NCBI GenBank assembly: GCA_041694815.1
Contig: JBGFSC010000030.1
Coordinates: 1-62,505 of the forward strand
Direction: 5' to 3'
Length of the DNA: 62,505 nucleotides
Source: Elusimicrobiota bacterium
GTDB taxonomy: Bacteria > Elusimicrobiota > Elusimicrobia > UBA1565 > JACRDR01
This document shows, piece by piece, positions 19,185-28,408 of the stretch. The notes beneath the pieces were generated by a model. That model was not told where the DNA came from, did not search any database, and saw only the letters and a program-made list of their open reading frames with translations. Within the stretch, counting starts at the first letter, position 1; the number at the start of each line of letters is the position of its first letter. The position numbers were made by a program, and so were the translations under genes.

Positions 19185-19922
19185 GTGCCTTTCGACGTCC
19201 TTTTAGCGAAAGCCGACGGATTAAAACCAGAGAAGCTCTCGCCGGTTTTGGCGGTATTCGAGCGTATACCCGCCGTCGACGCCGCGCGCCGAGCGCGAGA
19301 ATGCTGGGGCATCGTGGCCGAGGGTCTCGAAGAGCCTTTAGCGCGTGACTTGGCGCTCAGGCTTCAGGACGCGGGGCTGCCGGGCTGGGCCGTGCCTCAT
19401 GACGCCGTGGCCGAGCTTCCCGAGCTCCGCGCGGCCTGTAAGCTGGAATGGGGACTCATGGAGGCCCGGCAGTTGAGGCTCATCGCGGCCTCCGCGTTCC
19501 CGGAGCCGAGGATTCTGCCCGCGGCCTCCGGCGAGGCGCCGCAACTTGGCAAGAAGGTCATTGAGATGGGGATACTCATGACCACCGGCATCCCGCTCAA
19601 GCTGGGGCCCAAGAAGGACAAGCCGGCGCCGCGCGTCGAGTCGGAGCTCGCCCTCTATCTAGACCTCTACCTGGCCGACCCGGCCGTACGCCTGAGGATC
19701 GACGCGCAAAACTTCGATTACTCCCATCTCAAAGAAAGAATGGGCTACAACGTGCTTGGGAATTTCAGGACGTTGCTGACGGACTTGGCGGCCTTGGCGC
19801 CGAAGGCCCTGCGCAGCCGCGGGACGCGGGTGTTATTGGAAGGGCGGCCGCTGCGCGAGATGGGATACCGCTCCATCGCCGACGCCGAGCGCGAGGCCCG
19901 CTGGTTGTTGACGATCGCTTAA
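19185..19922 (+). CDS. Hypothetical protein
   Basis: 245-aa ORF following the previous gene and ending at the terminator. Confidence 0.7.
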   Translation: MPFDVLLAKADGLKPEKLSPVLAVFERIPAVDAARRARECWGIVAEGLEEPLARDLALRLQDAGLPGWAVPHDAVAELPELRAACKLEWGLMEARQLRLIAASAFPEPRILPAASGEAPQLGKKVIEMGILMTTGIPLKLGPKKDKPAPRVESELALYLDLYLADPAVRLRIDAQNFDYSHLKERMGYNVLGNFRTLLTDLAALAPKALRSRGTRVLLEGRPLREMGYRSIADAEREARWLLTIA

Positions 19923-19925
19923 GCG

Positions 19926-19960
19926 AAAAAAAGAACCGCCTCGATGAGGCGGTTCTTTTT
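19926..19960. terminator. Bidirectional intrinsic terminator
   Basis: aaaaaaagaaccgcctc-gat-gaggcggttcttttt between convergent genes. Confidence 0.9.
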
Positions 19961-19974
19961 CAACGCGGATGCCT

Positions 19975-20592
19975 TTATTCGCGGCCGAAGATGGCCGAGA
20001 CCAGTGCTCCGATCCGGTCGATGACCCGGCCGATCATGCCGAACACGACGCCGCCGACCTTCGACCCTGCGGTTTCGCCCTTGAGGGCGGTCCACTGAGC
20101 CCAGGTCGTCCAGAAGGCATAGATGACGATGAAGTACGCGATGAAGCCGAAGATCGTCGTGGGGATGCCCATCGCCATGGAGAAGAGGATCGAGCCCATG
20201 AGCTGGATGACGATCTGCCCGACCCGGCCTCCGATCCGGCGGCCGAACATCGCCCAGTCGAACTCGGCGTTGCACGACTTTTCCGGGGCCTTTACGGCGG
20301 CGGCGGTCCGAGCCAAGCGTCCCATGACGGCGCTGGTAGTCAGGGCGGGCATGGCCTTTTTCCCGTCGCGAGAGGCGACCTCCGAGGCGACCTGGGAGCC
20401 GGCGCCTTCTAAGGCCTGTTGGACGGCGGCGGCCGACTGATGGGCGCCCTCAAGTCCCTGCCGGTCGGAGATGCCTTCTGCGATTTTGGCGGCGTTCTCC
20501 AGGTACCGGGTCCCTTGCGCGCCGGCGGACATCGGTCCGATGGCGGTGACAGTAAGGGCCGCGGCCAAGAGTTGGAGATAGGCTTTCTTCAT
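19975..20592 (-). CDS. Hypothetical protein with signal peptide and C-terminal membrane helices
   Basis: GAGG ribosome-binding site; MKKAYLQLLAAALTVTA...AGA; hydrophobic C-terminal segments. Confidence 0.8.
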   Translation of the reverse strand: MKKAYLQLLAAALTVTAIGPMSAGAQGTRYLENAAKIAEGISDRQGLEGAHQSAAAVQQALEGAGSQVASEVASRDGKKAMPALTTSAVMGRLARTAAAVKAPEKSCNAEFDWAMFGRRIGGRVGQIVIQLMGSILFSMAMGIPTTIFGFIAYFIVIYAFWTTWAQWTALKGETAGSKVGGVVFGMIGRVIDRIGALVSAIFGRE

Positions 20593-20630
20593 GAGATACC
20601 TCGCTTTCCGTGTTTCTTCGCGACGGGAAG

Positions 20631-20698
20631 ATTATATTTAGACGCCCCGATGAACAACCAGGGCCCAAGGGGCCTATTTTATCCCGCTCTTGGTCCTA
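20631..20698 (-). promoter_or_regulatory. Paired TAGGnCC boxes plus -10 element (locus A)
   Basis: Minus strand: TAGGACCAAGAG (from 20698), TAGGCCCCTTGGGCCCTG (from 20676), TATAAT (20636-20631). Confidence 0.6.
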
Positions 20699-22052
20699 GA
20701 TTCCTAACCAGCCTGCCGAGGGCCCAGACTCCGAGCGACGCGGCGAGTCCAGGATAGAACGGCGTAGGAAACGCGAGCGCCCAGGCCGCGGCGGAAAACA
20801 GCCAGCCGGCCAGCGCGCAACAGAAGGCGAAGGGGGCGCTGATTCGAAGACCATCGAAATAACTCGATACCGTGACGACCAGAAGCCCGGGTATCATGAC
20901 GCTTCCGACGACGAACCAAAGGCGGACGACCGATGGGATCGCCAAGGCCCCGGCGACGGCCAGGGCGCTGGAGGCGAGCAGGCCCCAGCGGATCCAGCGC
21001 TCCTGCGCTGCGGCCTGGGGCCTCAGCAACCGGCCCGCGGCGTCCTTGGCCAGAGAGATCGCCGAGAGGAAGCTGTTGGCGCTTAAGGCCGCCAGCGTCG
21101 AGGAGGCGACCCCGGCCAGAAATAATCCTCGGACCGCCGGCGGCAAGAGCAGCGAGGCCAGGGCCGGGTAGGCGGCCAGCGGCTCGCCGAGGTCGGGGAG
21201 GAGGGCTCGGGCATAAAGCCCCGCGGTCGTGGTCATGAAATCGAACAGAGCCCAGAAGGCGATGGCGACGGCGATGCCGCGCCTCGCGGTGGAGGCGTCC
21301 TTGGCGGCGCAGACGCGCTGGTGGAAGCCTGGATCGACGAAGGTCCAGACCGCGATGAAGAACCACGAGAGAAGATAGGCGGCGGAGCGCTCGCCCGTCG
21401 GGGTCAAATGGCTCGCGGGCAGGTGCAGGCTTAAGAAATCGATTCCGCCCGCATGCGCGAAGGCGAAGGGCAGGATAAGAAAGAATCCACCGAACATGAT
21501 CAGGAATTCGAGGCCGGCGCTCCATACCCCGGCGCGGAGTCCGCCCTTAAAAAGGAAGGCGATGGAGAGGGCGGTGACGACGATCGCGCAGAGGGGCATG
21601 GTCCAGCCGGTGACCCAGCGCGTCAGCAAGGAAAGCATCAGGATCTCGTCGGCTGGGCTCGCGAGGATGAAGACCAGAACGGCGGCCAAGACGGCGGTCG
21701 GGACGCCGTAGACGCGCTCGAGATGATCCGGCAGGGTCAGGCCCGGCTCTCGCCGTATGCGGGGGGCGAGGAAGCAGGCGTAGAGGGCGGCGAAAACGTA
21801 ATACGGGACGCCCTGGATCAGCCAATTCGAAAGCCCGTGCGTGAAGCTCGACTCCCCGATGCCGAGGGTCCCCCCGTAGAAGCTCGTCACCAGGGTGGCG
21901 ACGAAGGCCGGAAGGGCGAGGCTGCGCCCGGCGAGTATGTAGTCCTCGGCTCCCGGAAGCCGCCGCCCGGAGCCCCGAAAGCCCAGGAAAAGAACCATGC
22001 CCAAATAGGCGATCAAAACGGCGAAATCGGGCCAGGTGAGGTTTTGGATCAT
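20679..22052 (-). CDS. Sodium:solute symporter family transporter (possibly thiamine-related)
   Basis: EDYILAGRSL, many TM helices, DPGFHQRVCAAKD. Confidence 0.88.
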   Translation of the reverse strand: MIQNLTWPDFAVLIAYLGMVLFLGFRGSGRRLPGAEDYILAGRSLALPAFVATLVTSFYGGTLGIGESSFTHGLSNWLIQGVPYYVFAALYACFLAPRIRREPGLTLPDHLERVYGVPTAVLAAVLVFILASPADEILMLSLLTRWVTGWTMPLCAIVVTALSIAFLFKGGLRAGVWSAGLEFLIMFGGFFLILPFAFAHAGGIDFLSLHLPASHLTPTGERSAAYLLSWFFIAVWTFVDPGFHQRVCAAKDASTARRGIAVAIAFWALFDFMTTTAGLYARALLPDLGEPLAAYPALASLLLPPAVRGLFLAGVASSTLAALSANSFLSAISLAKDAAGRLLRPQAAAQERWIRWGLLASSALAVAGALAIPSVVRLWFVVGSVMIPGLLVVTVSSYFDGLRISAPFAFCCALAGWLFSAAAWALAFPTPFYPGLAASLGVWALGRLVRNLGPRAG

Positions 22053-22167
22053 TCAAGGACAAATCAAGCCGGTCCAGGATATATTAAATTATGTTTTAAA
22101 AACAAGAGTTATTTACCTGAACCTCTCTTTCGTCGCCGGGCGCTTTTTCATCGACTATCCTTAAGAC

Positions 22168-23133
22168 ATGAAGCTAAAGGCGCAGCTTTTGTCTGCGATA
22201 TTGGCGATCGGTTTCCCGGTTCGGGCCGATGAATTCGATTCCTCGGTTAAATCGGAGATCGCGAGAATCTGCAAGGAAGCGGCGCCTCTCGTCTATCGTT
22301 TTTGGATCCGTGAGCGCATGGCTGATGTCCCGATCCTTAGGGATTTCTTGCTGGATGCCTTTTCAGATACGGGATTTCCTCCACAGATAAAACGCGTCGT
22401 AAAAGAGGCGTTGGTCAAGAACGATGTGGTTGTCTTGCACCTTGACGAATCGACACGCAAGTCGTATGGCATCATTCCTGAAGCCCAGGCGGCGCATTTG
22501 CGAAGGACCCTGGCCGGCGACCTTCGGACCTTCGATGATGTGACGGTGTCCGTAAAGACATTGAACCAAGAGGCGAGCGAATCGACCATGGCCGTGCTTG
22601 CTCATCGCGCATTGGAGCATCGGCATACCCTTCTTGTCCAGCAGAGGCCGATAACGGCGGAGCAAAACGATTTTCTCGTGCTCATGCATGAGATGGCGCA
22701 TGTGCGGTTCGGCCGCATGCTGGAAAAGCATTTCGACCGCTTGCATCAGAGGCTGCCGGTGGGGCTCGCCCGGAAAGGCTCGGGTGAGACGAACGAAATA
22801 CATCAGCAACTCTATAATTTTCTTTCCGAGCGTTACGCGTATCAGATCGAATGCGAGGCCGCCTACAAGACCTTTCCTAAATACTATGACGCGGCTTATC
22901 GGCGGGATATTTGCGAGGATCGCGGGGAGTACAAAAACGCCATCTCTCGATTCGTGATCGACGCTTACCGCATCACCGACCCGCGCGTGTTGGCGCTGCG
23001 GGATATGTCGCTGCTGGATATTTTTATGGGGAAGAATCCCTCAGCGCAGAAACCACAGCCGCCCCGAATGAAGCCGGATGCGTACCCGGTTGGAAACGGC
23101 CTGATTGCCAAGCCCGCGGCTGCCGCGTTCTAG
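22168..23133 (+). CDS. Exported HEXXH zinc-metallopeptidase-like orphan
   Basis: Signal peptide ending VRA; LMHEMAH and downstream SERYAY; visibly lower GC than neighbours. Confidence 0.7.
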   Translation: MKLKAQLLSAILAIGFPVRADEFDSSVKSEIARICKEAAPLVYRFWIRERMADVPILRDFLLDAFSDTGFPPQIKRVVKEALVKNDVVVLHLDESTRKSYGIIPEAQAAHLRRTLAGDLRTFDDVTVSVKTLNQEASESTMAVLAHRALEHRHTLLVQQRPITAEQNDFLVLMHEMAHVRFGRMLEKHFDRLHQRLPVGLARKGSGETNEIHQQLYNFLSERYAYQIECEAAYKTFPKYYDAAYRRDICEDRGEYKNAISRFVIDAYRITDPRVLALRDMSLLDIFMGKNPSAQKPQPPRMKPDAYPVGNGLIAKPAAAAF

Positions 23134-23652
23134 GGGAAAACGTTTGAGAGGGTAACGCAATCCCGCGGCCGTGACGACGGCGGTTTTGCCGGCCGGCAGC
23201 AAAGAGACCCGCTGGCCGCGCCCGCAATTGAATGTATGCCTTCCTTTATGTAACAGGGACGCCTCGAGATCTCCCAACAAATGCAGGCGCATGCGGGAGG
23301 AGTACTTCTCCATGAGGGCGAGGTTGACGAGCAGATGATCCAGCTTCCCCCCGGCCGCCCCCGCGACCCAGGCCTCCAAGAAGCCGCGCCGGGACAAGAA
23401 ACGCAGTGCCTTTTCGAAATCGGAGGCATTTTCGTCGAAATCGCAGAGAAAGGTCGCGCGCTTTAAGGCGACTCGCCGCCGGGGCAGCGAGTCCATGTCG
23501 CCGATGATAAGCCGGGGCGTGAGGCCCAGCGCGGCGGCATGGCGCGAGCCCCCGTCGCAGCAGATGAGGAACCGGCCGCGGGCCATCGCGCGCACGCGCG
23601 AGGGGTTGGGTAGCTCGCCGTTGAGCAGGATCAGCGCGGAGCGGCGCGTCAC
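23041..23652 (-). CDS. thiN: Thiamine pyrophosphokinase
   Basis: CCDGGSRH, IIGDMDS, SDFEKAL, GGKLDH, GLRYPL, GLGN. Confidence 0.9.
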   Translation of the reverse strand: MTRRSALILLNGELPNPSRVRAMARGRFLICCDGGSRHAAALGLTPRLIIGDMDSLPRRRVALKRATFLCDFDENASDFEKALRFLSRRGFLEAWVAGAAGGKLDHLLVNLALMEKYSSRMRLHLLGDLEASLLHKGRHTFNCGRGQRVSLLPAGKTAVVTAAGLRYPLKRFPLERGSRGLGNQAVSNRVRIRLHSGRLWFLR

Positions 23653-24128
23653 CGGCGCAGGCGGCTTACGATCCGAGTGGTGGAATGGCCCTTCTTGAGG
23701 GGCACGAGCGCGACCCGGCCGGCATGTTCTTTGCCCGCCACCTGATCCGGCCTGTAATCGGCGCCCTTGACGAGCAATTCCGGCCGCAGCTCGGAGAGGA
23801 GCTTCTCGGGGGTATCTTCGGGAAACACCACGACCGCGTCGACGGCGGCGAGCGCCGCCAGCACGCGGCAGCGGTCGGCTGCCCTGTTGATCGGCCTCTC
23901 GGGACCCTTGCCCAGGCGCCGCGCGGAGTCGTCGGAATTAACCCCGACGACGAGCACGTCCCCCAGGGAGCGGGCCTTCTCGAGCAGCTGCACGTGTCCC
24001 GGGTGCAGCAGGTCGAAGACGCCGTTGGTAAACACCACCTTCGCCCGCGCGGCGGCCCAACGGCGCCTGAGCTCGAGCAGCTCCCCGCGCGAGACGATCT
24101 TGCGCCCCGTGTCGCCGTCGCAGCGCAT
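23649..24128 (-). CDS. rfaE2: D-glycero-beta-D-manno-heptose 1-phosphate adenylyltransferase
   Basis: VFTNGVFDLLHPGH, GVNSDDS..KGPERP, LVKGADY, HSTT; TGATG overlap with gmhA. Confidence 0.92.
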   Translation of the reverse strand: MRCDGDTGRKIVSRGELLELRRRWAAARAKVVFTNGVFDLLHPGHVQLLEKARSLGDVLVVGVNSDDSARRLGKGPERPINRAADRCRVLAALAAVDAVVVFPEDTPEKLLSELRPELLVKGADYRPDQVAGKEHAGRVALVPLKKGHSTTRIVSRLRR

Positions 24129-24736
24129 CAATGGGCCTTCGGGGCTCCGGGGAACATCGCGTCCTCGACGATGTCGCAGAGGATCTGGATCACCGTGATA
24201 TGCGCCTCTTGGATGCGGGCCACCGTCGCCGAGGGCACGCATAGGCATATATCCACCAAGCCCTTCATCTTCCCGCCCGACTGGCCGGTGAGCCCCAAGC
24301 GGGCGAGTCCGAGCTCCTTTGCCTTCTCGAGCGCCCGCAGGACATTGGGCGAATTGCCGCTCGTTGATATGGCCACCGCCACGTCGCCCGGTTTCGCGTG
24401 CGCCTCCAGCTGCCGCGCGAAGACCTGCTCGTAGCCGAAATCATTGGCGATCGAGGTGAGATCGGCCGTGTTGACCGTCAGGGCCACGGCGGGCAGTGGG
24501 GCGCGGTTGCGCCGCAGCCGGCCCACGAGCTCGTCGGCGAAGTTGGTGGCGTCGCAAGCCGAGCCGCCGTTGCCGAAGGTGATGATCTTATTGCCCCGGC
24601 GGTAGGCGTCGAGGAGCAGATCGGCGGCGCTCGTGATGACGTCGGCCTCGGCCTTCAGCGCCGCGATGGTCTTGGCGCTTTCCTCTAGCTGCCCGATGAT
24701 GTTCTGCCTAACGGGGCTTGCCGTTGCTTTGGGCAT
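24128..24736 (-). CDS. gmhA: Phosphoheptose isomerase
   Basis: GNGGSA, ANDFGYEQVFARQ, ISTSGNS, ARIQEAH. Confidence 0.93.
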   Translation of the reverse strand: MPKATASPVRQNIIGQLEESAKTIAALKAEADVITSAADLLLDAYRRGNKIITFGNGGSACDATNFADELVGRLRRNRAPLPAVALTVNTADLTSIANDFGYEQVFARQLEAHAKPGDVAVAISTSGNSPNVLRALEKAKELGLARLGLTGQSGGKMKGLVDICLCVPSATVARIQEAHITVIQILCDIVEDAMFPGAPKAH

Positions 24737-26093
24737 TATTGTTCTCCAGTAGCCGATCGGTGAGATGCGTGTCGAAGTCTCCGGATTTAAAATCGGCGTG
24801 GGCGAGCACCTTAAGGTGGAAGGGGATCGTCGTGCGGATCCCTTCCACGGCGAACTCCTGGAGCGCTCGCGAGCCGCGCTGGATCGCGCTCGCGCGATCC
24901 GCCCCGAAGACGATGAGCTTGGCCAGCAAGCTGTCGTAATAGCTGGGCACGGTGTAGCCGGCGTAGAGGTGGGTGTCGACGCGCACCCCGGGGCCACCGG
25001 GTAGGCTCAGGCGCTCGATGGTTCCCGGGCAGGGCGCGAATTGCCGCGCGGGGTCCTCCGCGTTGATGCGGTGCTCGATCGCGTGGGAGCTGATTCGAGC
25101 CGCGCGCGAGGAGTCGAAGCTCAGGGGCTCGCCCATGGCCAAGGATATCTGCTCGCGCACGAGGTCGAGCCCCGTGACCGTCTCGGTGACGGGATGCTCG
25201 ACCTGAAGGCGCGTGTTGACCTCGATGAAATAGAAGCGCCCATCGGTGTCGAGCAGGAACTCGACCGTGCCCACGTTGGAGTAGCCGGCCGCGCGGACTA
25301 AGCGCACGGCGGCTTCCATCATCTCCTCGCGGATCTTAGGCGTGACCGCGGGGGAAGGGGACTCCTCGATGAGCTTCTGGTGGCGGCGCTGCACCGTGCA
25401 ATCGCGCTCGGGAAGGGCCACGGCGTTTCCCCGGAGGTCGGCCGCGATCTGGATCTCCACGTGCCGGGGATGCTCGATGAGCTTCTCGATGTACACCGAT
25501 CCGTCGCCGAAGGCGGCCTTGGCCTCGGCCGCCGCCATCTTGATCTCGGAAACGAGGCCCGAGGGTTCGCGGACGAGGCGCAGGCCCTTGCCGCCTCCTC
25601 CGGCGGCCGCCTTGACCATGAGCGGAAACCCGATCGAGCGGGCCTGGGCCAGCACACCGTCGGCCGCCTCGTCGACGCAGCCCTTCGTGCCCGGCACCAC
25701 CGGGACCTTGGCGCGGATCGCCAGCTCCTTCGCCGCGGATTTATGGCCCAATTGCCGTATGGCCTCGGGGCTGGGGCCGATGAAGGTCAGTCCCTTTTCG
25801 CGGCAGGCGGCGGCGAACCCCGCATTCTCCGAGAGGAAGCCGTAGCCGGGATGCACGGCGTCGGCCCCGGAGGCCTTGGCCGCGGAAAGCAAGGCGCCTG
25901 CGTTCAGGTAGCTTTCGCGGGCCGGAGCCGGGCCGATGCAGAAGGCCTCCTCCGCCAGGGCGACGTGCATGGACTCGCGGTCGGCCTCCGAATAGACCGC
26001 CACCGAGCGCAGGCCCATCTCGCGGCAGGCGCGGATGACGCGCACGGCGATCTCGCCCCGGTTGGCGACGAGCACCTTGCGGAAGCCTTTCAC
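24708..26093 (-). CDS. accC: Biotin carboxylase
   Basis: ANRGEIA, HPGYGFLSEN, GGGGKG, ERDCTVQRRHQK, EVNTRLQVEH, YYDSLLAK. Confidence 0.95.
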   Translation of the reverse strand: MKGFRKVLVANRGEIAVRVIRACREMGLRSVAVYSEADRESMHVALAEEAFCIGPAPARESYLNAGALLSAAKASGADAVHPGYGFLSENAGFAAACREKGLTFIGPSPEAIRQLGHKSAAKELAIRAKVPVVPGTKGCVDEAADGVLAQARSIGFPLMVKAAAGGGGKGLRLVREPSGLVSEIKMAAAEAKAAFGDGSVYIEKLIEHPRHVEIQIAADLRGNAVALPERDCTVQRRHQKLIEESPSPAVTPKIREEMMEAAVRLVRAAGYSNVGTVEFLLDTDGRFYFIEVNTRLQVEHPVTETVTGLDLVREQISLAMGEPLSFDSSRAARISSHAIEHRINAEDPARQFAPCPGTIERLSLPGGPGVRVDTHLYAGYTVPSYYDSLLAKLIVFGADRASAIQRGSRALQEFAVEGIRTTIPFHLKVLAHADFKSGDFDTHLTDRLLENNNAQSNGKPR

Positions 26094-26506
26094 GGAGACT
26101 CCACGGCGCTCGGGGCCTGGCAGGCGCGCGGGCCGTAAATCGCTAGGGCGGCGGCGGCCAGCGCCGCGCAGGCCAGCCAGAGGCCCAGCCCCAAAAATCC
26201 GCCGCGTCGCCGGTCCTCTTGGGACGCGGACGGGGAGCGCCGCGATGCGTTGATGATGCCGAGAACGGCTGTCCTCGGAAGCAACGAGGGGCGAGCGGAG
26301 GCCGTGCCGCCGTTAGGTGCGGGGGCGAGCAGGAGCAGCGGCGAGCCGCACTGGTCGCAGAAGTTCTTGGCCGGTGAATTTTGCGCCTGGCAGCCGCCGC
26401 AGAGTTTGATCACGCGCCCGCCGCAAGCTGCGCATTTGGACGCGGAGGCATCCGCCTTCGCCGAGCATTGGGCGCATTGCACGCGCGCCGAGACGCCTTG
26501 GCTCAT
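26090..26506 (-). CDS. Double zinc-ribbon membrane protein
   Basis: Four CxxC pairs (CAQC, CAAC, CGGC, CDQC) and a C-terminal TM helix; ATGA overlap with upstream gene. Confidence 0.8.
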   Translation of the reverse strand: MSQGVSARVQCAQCSAKADASASKCAACGGRVIKLCGGCQAQNSPAKNFCDQCGSPLLLLAPAPNGGTASARPSLLPRTAVLGIINASRRSPSASQEDRRRGGFLGLGLWLACAALAAAALAIYGPRACQAPSAVESP

Positions 26507-26880
26507 GGGTGGATCAGGAAAAGGCCCTGCCCGTATTCGACGGCCTTGCCGTCGTCGACGAGTATCTTGACCAGCTTGCCCGCCGCCGGCGCGCGGACCT
26601 CGAGCGGCTCGTCGGCCGTCTCGACGATCCCGAGGAGCTCTCCTTGCGAGACGGCCTTGCCCTCCTCGGCCCGCCGCGGCGCGCCCTTGCTCGACCAGCG
26701 GAATATGCCCACCCCGGGGGCGGGGACGGGCAAGAGCGGGCTCGACGGAAAGGCGGGGCTGTTCGGCGGAGCCCCCTCGAGCCGGAACTCGACCCGTTGG
26801 GAGCCGTCCTGCCAGGCGAGCTCGAGCAAATCCGTGCCCCTTGCCCAGCCGATGATCTCCTGCATCGCCTTGGGATCCAT
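26503..26880 (-). CDS. Biotin carboxyl carrier protein (AccB)-like protein lacking the biotinylation lysine
   Basis: VPAPGVGIF, V..GELLGIVE, LVDDGKAVEYGQGLF resemble AccB; EAMKM is replaced by ETADE. Confidence 0.82.
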   Translation of the reverse strand: MDPKAMQEIIGWARGTDLLELAWQDGSQRVEFRLEGAPPNSPAFPSSPLLPVPAPGVGIFRWSSKGAPRRAEEGKAVSQGELLGIVETADEPLEVRAPAAGKLVKILVDDGKAVEYGQGLFLIHP

Positions 26881-27323
26881 CAGGGTATTCCTCCATTACG
26901 GCGCTTTCCCGCCGCAAACAGCGCGCGGGGATCGAAGGGAAGCGGCATCGACTGGGCGATGCCCAGCAAGGTCGAGCCGCCCCCCTGCGTGTCGACGATC
27001 AGAAGCTGGGCCCCCGGCGACGCGAACTCCAGCATCACCTGCCGGCAGGCACCGCAGGGATAGGCGGCGCGGCCCGCGACGGCCAGCGCCGCGAGGGACT
27101 TCTCGCCGCTGGTGACCGCCTTGAACACGGCCACGCGTTCGGCGCATAGGCTCAATCCGTAGGAGGCGTTCTCGACGTTGGCTCCGGTATAGACCCGGCC
27201 CGAGCCGGCGATCAAGGCCGCTCCTACTGCGTAGCGCGAATACGGGCAATAAGCCTTGCGCCTCGCCCGCTTGGCCTCTCGGGCGAGCCGCTTGAGCTTG
27301 GCTTCCGATACGGCCGAGGTCAT
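26880..27323 (-). CDS. cdd: Cytidine deaminase
   Basis: AYCPYS, GANVENASYGLSLCAERVA, PCGACRQ. Confidence 0.95.
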   Translation of the reverse strand: MTSAVSEAKLKRLAREAKRARRKAYCPYSRYAVGAALIAGSGRVYTGANVENASYGLSLCAERVAVFKAVTSGEKSLAALAVAGRAAYPCGACRQVMLEFASPGAQLLIVDTQGGGSTLLGIAQSMPLPFDPRALFAAGKRRNGGIP

Positions 27324-28408
27324 GAGAGGGCCTCCATCTCCGCCACGAAGCGGCGCTTGAGGGCGGCCCGCTCCAGCGGAGGCAGGAAGAGGTGGTCAAC
27401 CGAGCCCAGGGCAATCGCGCGCAGCTCCGCCAAGGTGAACCCCAGGCCCAGGGCGGTCTCGTACTCGTCGCTTAGGCTGATCCCGATGATCCCGCGGTCG
27501 TCCGTGTTGAGCGTGATCTTGACGCCGGCGCGGTAGAAGGCACGGACCGGGTGCGAGGGAAGGTCCGCGACGGTCTTGGTGCGCACGTTGGAGCTGATGC
27601 CGATCTCCAGCGGCACTCCCCGGCGAACGACTTCCTGCATCAGACGCGGGTCCTCGAGGAGATGGATGCCGTGGCCGATCCTCTGCACGTCGAGCGTCAG
27701 GGCCGCCTCGAGGTTCTTGGTGCCCACGGTCTCGCCGGCGTGGCAGGTGGTCGGGATGCCCAGGCGCCTCGCCCGCTCGTAGAAATCCGCGTATTCCATC
27801 GTCGGGAAGCGCGCCTCGTCTCCGGCCAGGTCCATGCCGACGACACTCGGTTCGGAAAGGCCGTTGTCGGGCTTAAAGAAGCGGGTCAAGGCCGAGAAGG
27901 CCTTGCGGTTCTCCTTGGGCCCGTGGGAGCGAAAGAGGCAGATAATGACGCCGCTGGTGACGCCGAAGTCCTTGAGGCCCCGGCGCAGCCCCTTGAGCAC
28001 CGCTTCGACCACCTCGTCGACGCCGAAGCCGCCCGAGACGTTGAGCATGGGGGCGAAGCGGACTTCAACATGCCTGATGTTCTCCGCGGCGCAGTCGGCG
28101 CAGAGCTCGTAGGCCACGCGCTCTAAGGCCGCGGCGTCGCGCAAGAGCGGGTAGAGCACGTAGAAGACGTCCAGGAACTCCTTGAGCGAGCGGCAGCTCG
28201 GCGCCACCTGGACGTAGCGCAGTAGGTCCTGCACGTTGTCGGCGGGAAGGCGAACCCTTCTTTCGCGCGCGAGCTCCAGGACGGTCTGGGGGCGCAGGGA
28301 GCCGTCGAGATGGCAGTGGATGTCGGTTTTGGGCAGGCGCCGGAGCCATTCGCGGATCCGGTCCTTTTCCCAGGGCCGCGGCGCGGCGGGTGCCTTAAGG
28401 CCTGACAT
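27320..28408 (-). CDS. add: Adenosine deaminase
   Basis: LPKTDIHCHLDGS, DLAGDE, HAGE, RIGHG, NTDD. Confidence 0.92.
   Translation of the reverse strand: MSGLKAPAAPRPWEKDRIREWLRRLPKTDIHCHLDGSLRPQTVLELARERRVRLPADNVQDLLRYVQVAPSCRSLKEFLDVFYVLYPLLRDAAALERVAYELCADCAAENIRHVEVRFAPMLNVSGGFGVDEVVEAVLKGLRRGLKDFGVTSGVIICLFRSHGPKENRKAFSALTRFFKPDNGLSEPSVVGMDLAGDEARFPTMEYADFYERARRLGIPTTCHAGETVGTKNLEAALTLDVQRIGHGIHLLEDPRLMQEVVRRGVPLEIGISSNVRTKTVADLPSHPVRAFYRAGVKITLNTDDRGIIGISLSDEYETALGLGFTLAELRAIALGSVDHLFLPPLERAALKRRFVAEMEALS

Noticed and set aside
22072..22099. dif-like site (gtccaggatat-attaaa-ttatgttttaa)
   Set aside because: Only the TTATGTT part of a XerD arm matches; the XerC arm is poor, and an AT-rich divergent promoter explains it
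22053..22167. TPP riboswitch upstream of the symporter
   Set aside because: No CTGAGA core on the minus strand, and the spacer is short
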